Below, one piece after another: positions 61,100 to 64,000 of a stretch of DNA of 64,000 nt. The translations under genes were made by a program, and so were the position numbers. Every line of letters begins with the position of its first letter. Within the stretch, counting starts at the first letter, position 1. Below the pieces are notes generated by a model that searched no databases, was not told the origin of the DNA, and was given only the letters and a program-made list of their open reading frames with translations. Source of the DNA: Longimicrobiales bacterium (lineage in GTDB: Bacteria > Gemmatimonadota > Gemmatimonadetes > Longimicrobiales > Gaopeijiaceae); contig CBDCKN010000014.1 of the NCBI GenBank assembly GCA_965218295.1, positions 32,001 through 96,000 on the forward strand, written 5' to 3'.

Positions 61100-61909
61100 A
61101 TGGAACAGCAGAGGCTCAGGCTCGACGGGAAAGTCGCGATTGTTACCGGCGCCGGCTCCAGCGGGCCCGGGGTGGGCACCGGAAAAGCAACCGCTACCCT
61201 GTTCGCCCGGGAAGGCGCCAAAGTCCTTCTGGTTGACCGGGTGGCGGCCCAGGCTGAAGCAACCCTAGCCACCATTAGAGAGGCGGGCGGCGAAGCCTCG
61301 GTGTTGGAAGCGGACGTTACCCGGAACGATGATTGCCAGGCTGTGGCCGAAGCCGCCGTGGAGCGCTACGGCGGGCTGCATGTGCTGTTCAACAACGTTG
61401 GGATTATGGGCCGAGGGAGCGTGGTGGACGTTAACGAAGAAGATTGGGACCGGGTACTGGACGTCAACCTCAAGAGCATGATGCTGACCAGCAAGTACGC
61501 GGTTCCTCGCATGGCCGAAGGCGGCGGCGGGTCGATCATCAACGTTTCGTCAATCGCCGGACTGCGGGCCGGCAGCGGTGGCTCCAGCATCTCCTACTCC
61601 GCTTCCAAGGGCGGGGTTGTGGCTTTGACCACTTCCATGGCAGTCTACCACGGTAGAGAGAACATCCGGGTTAACTGCATCGCGCCGGGCCACATTTACA
61701 CGCCCATGGTTTCGGCAATGACCAATGAGACCCGCGACTTGCGGCGCAGGGCCGGCCCTCTGGGCACCGAGGGCACGGCTTGGGACATCGCTTGGGCGGC
61801 AGTATTCCTTGCCAGCGACGAAGCCCGCTGGGTCTCCGGCGTGGTGCTACCCGTGGACGCCGGGTTGCTGGCTACTACACCCTTGGCCATGTTGGAGCAC
61901 CTGAGATAA
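61100..61909 (+). CDS. Classical SDR oxidoreductase
   Basis: TGAGSSGPGVGTG, NNVG, YSASK, IRVNCIAPG. Confidence 0.92.
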   Translation: MEQQRLRLDGKVAIVTGAGSSGPGVGTGKATATLFAREGAKVLLVDRVAAQAEATLATIREAGGEASVLEADVTRNDDCQAVAEAAVERYGGLHVLFNNVGIMGRGSVVDVNEEDWDRVLDVNLKSMMLTSKYAVPRMAEGGGGSIINVSSIAGLRAGSGGSSISYSASKGGVVALTTSMAVYHGRENIRVNCIAPGHIYTPMVSAMTNETRDLRRRAGPLGTEGTAWDIAWAAVFLASDEARWVSGVVLPVDAGLLATTPLAMLEHLR

Positions 61910-61982
61910 TAGACCAACGGCGTGCCACGAAGGGCCCATCGAGTTCGACTTACGTGTGCCTCCGCGGTTAATACTCCCGCTT

Positions 61983-62306
61983 CTACTCGGCGTCAGGATG
62001 GGTCGTGATGAACCGGGCGGCCTTTGCCGGGTCGACGTGGGGAGCGCGTACTTCCACTCCGGCTTGCTCCTCCTGAAGCAGGAAGGTAACACTGCTGTCC
62101 CGGTCTGCCCAACCGCGGTTCATCCCCTGAATTGCGATTTGCTCCACTAGATTGGCCACCGGCATAGGCACGTTGAATTCCCTGCCGAGGTCCGTAGCCA
62201 GGCCTATGTCCTTCCGGGATAGCGACAACGCAAAGCTTGGCGGGTCAAACTCGCCGCGAAATACCGTTCTGGCCATGCCCTCGTGCAGCCCGCTCATGCG
62301 GCCCAA
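61983..62306 (-). pseudogene. 3-hydroxyisobutyrate dehydrogenase-like C-terminal fragment
   Basis: FDPPSFALSLSRKDIGLA..VPMP. Confidence 0.7.
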
Positions 62307-62885
62307 AGCTCCCCGGCCCCAGAGCGACGATCCCCGAGACGATGATCACGCTCACCTTCCCAATGAAAGGAGCGGCACCCGGAAGCCTTCATAGGTGCGT
62401 AATCATGCAGACGAATAGACGCTGAACGAGCAGCATATCTATGCGTTTAGGGCCCTTCTGCGGCCCATAATCCCCAGAGTGCCCGTGTTCGCTTGATTCC
62501 TCTCAGATGCGGAGGTTCGTAGAAGAGACATTATGTAAAGTTGAGAGCCCCAGAAGCCGTTGATCCTGCATAATACCGTGGGTTCTGTGTGACCCGTCGC
62601 TTACCCTGAGCTGAAGTCGTTCGTTATATACGCGGAAGGGGACACCACCATGATCCTCCACATCAGCACCACGGACGAGCTGGCCCTATGGGTGAACGGC
62701 CGCTTCGCCGGCTACTACTACAGGAACGGCTACCTTCACGACGACTGGAACGCGTGGCACGACTTCTGGAAGAATCCAGCCCGCGAGGGACGTAGGGACT
62801 CCCTCCGACTGCGAAGGGGAGAGAACGCCATTGTCCTCAGGGTTCGCAATGGCCAGTTCGCGTCTGGAGGCTTCTTCGCCCGCCT

Positions 62886-64000
62886 TCAGTCCTGACGCAA
62901 CGCCTTGGCCGGGTCCACCCCTGCTGCCCTCTGGGCCGGCAGCCAACTGGCGATCCCCGCCACGAAGGACAGCGCCAGAGCGACCGAGGCATAGGTCAGA
63001 GGGTCCGTAGCGCTCACACCAAAGAGCAGCGAGGTCATCACCGAGCTCATCAGCCACGCGCCGACGAGGCCGACGATGACCCCCACCCCCGCCAGGCCCA
63101 TCCCCTGCCTCACGACCATCCCCCGGACCTCGGGGGCCGAGGCGCCCAACGCCATCCTGACCCCGATCTCCCGTGTTCGCTGGGAGACCACATAGGAGAT
63201 CACACCGTAGATTCCTATCATCCCAAGAAGCAGCGCCACGCCGGACGCCACGCCGAGCATGGCCACCGTGAACGATGTCCTCGCCGTCGCATGTCTCGAG
63301 ACCTCGGCCATGGTCCGTGGTGTGGAGATCGGGATGCGGGGGTTCAGGGCACGGACCTCGCGGCGGATCACGGAGAGGATCGCCGTCGGCTCTCCCGAGA
63401 CCCTGACCACGAGGGTCAGCGCGCGATGGGCCTGCAGTTGCTCGCCGCTCCCGAGGACCGTCGGACGGTAGATCATCCCCTCGGGCGGTTCCTCGAGGCC
63501 CTCGTAGTGCACGTCGCCGACCACACCGACGATCTCGAGCCCATCCGGTTCGCCGTCAATGCGCCGACCCACCGCGCTGCCGTTGGGCCACCACCTGTCG
63601 GCGAACGATTCGCTCACGATCGCCGCGGGTGTCTGGTCCCCCCGGTCGCCGGCCTGGAAGGTCCTGCCCTCTATCAAGGGGATGCCGAGCACCTCGAAGA
63701 ACCCTGGGCTGGCATAGTTGTTGTTCGCGAAGATCGGCCGCTCGCCCGGTCCCCGCGGGTGATCCTCGAGCTCCTGCGTCGTGAAGGACACGCCACCCCC
63801 GAGAGACACGCCAGCGACGAGCCCTACCTGTTCCACTCCGGGCTGAGCCTCAAGGCGCTCCCTGAGTTGCCGGAAGAAGTCGGCGGTCTCGGCAGCACCC
63901 GAGATCTCTGCAGACGGTACAGTGAGTCGGACGGTCATCACCCCTTCACCGTCGAAGCCGGGGTCCACCGAGCGGAGCGCCACGAAGCTTCGGAGCATCA
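62886..64000 (-). CDS. ADOP/MacB-FtsX type ABC permease, 3' part (runs off window end)
   Basis: DPGF, IVGVVGDV, SQRTREIGVRMALGA, PAQRAAGVDP. Confidence 0.92.
   Translation of the reverse strand, partial: MLRSFVALRSVDPGFDGEGVMTVRLTVPSAEISGAAETADFFRQLRERLEAQPGVEQVGLVAGVSLGGGVSFTTQELEDHPRGPGERPIFANNNYASPGFFEVLGIPLIEGRTFQAGDRGDQTPAAIVSESFADRWWPNGSAVGRRIDGEPDGLEIVGVVGDVHYEGLEEPPEGMIYRPTVLGSGEQLQAHRALTLVVRVSGEPTAILSVIRREVRALNPRIPISTPRTMAEVSRHATARTSFTVAMLGVASGVALLLGMIGIYGVISYVVSQRTREIGVRMALGASAPEVRGMVVRQGMGLAGVGVIVGLVGAWLMSSVMTSLLFGVSATDPLTYASVALALSFVAGIASWLPAQRAAGVDPAKALRQD

Noticed and set aside
62520..62545. Possible IS end (ACATTATGTAAAGT)
   Set aside because: No partner end or transposase to support it

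Overview
A high-GC bacterial window, probably from Gemmatimonadota: it has SusC/SusD, DUF5916, a small plug-like lipoprotein and an ADOP-type permease. It is a heavily rearranged, IS-rich accessory region. Intact cargo is mostly secreted ester/amide hydrolases (CocE/NonD, three phthalyl-amidase-like paralogs, one PF20091/CehA-like), uptake proteins (SusCD, AbgT) and CoA-dependent catabolic enzymes. These sit among four IS256 copies, two IS481 copies, one complete IS3 and many IS and gene fragments. The main observations are: (1) three near-identical alpha/beta-hydrolase paralogs whose differences are mosaic, largely non-synonymous, concentrated beside the catalytic residues, and include a signal-peptide swap; (2) a 2.2-kb tyrosine-integrase element in tRNA-Leu(CAA) that duplicates the 5' half of the tRNA, not the usual 3' end; (3) a 1.87-kb apparently identical inverted CocE block inside two otherwise diverged SusC-CocE-NMNAT loci; (4) a primase-helicase/HTH/iteron remnant. 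No CRISPR array, reverse transcriptase or rRNA was seen. Several frameshifts lie in homopolymers and may be sequencing errors. Family calls come from motifs recalled from memory, not from database searches.
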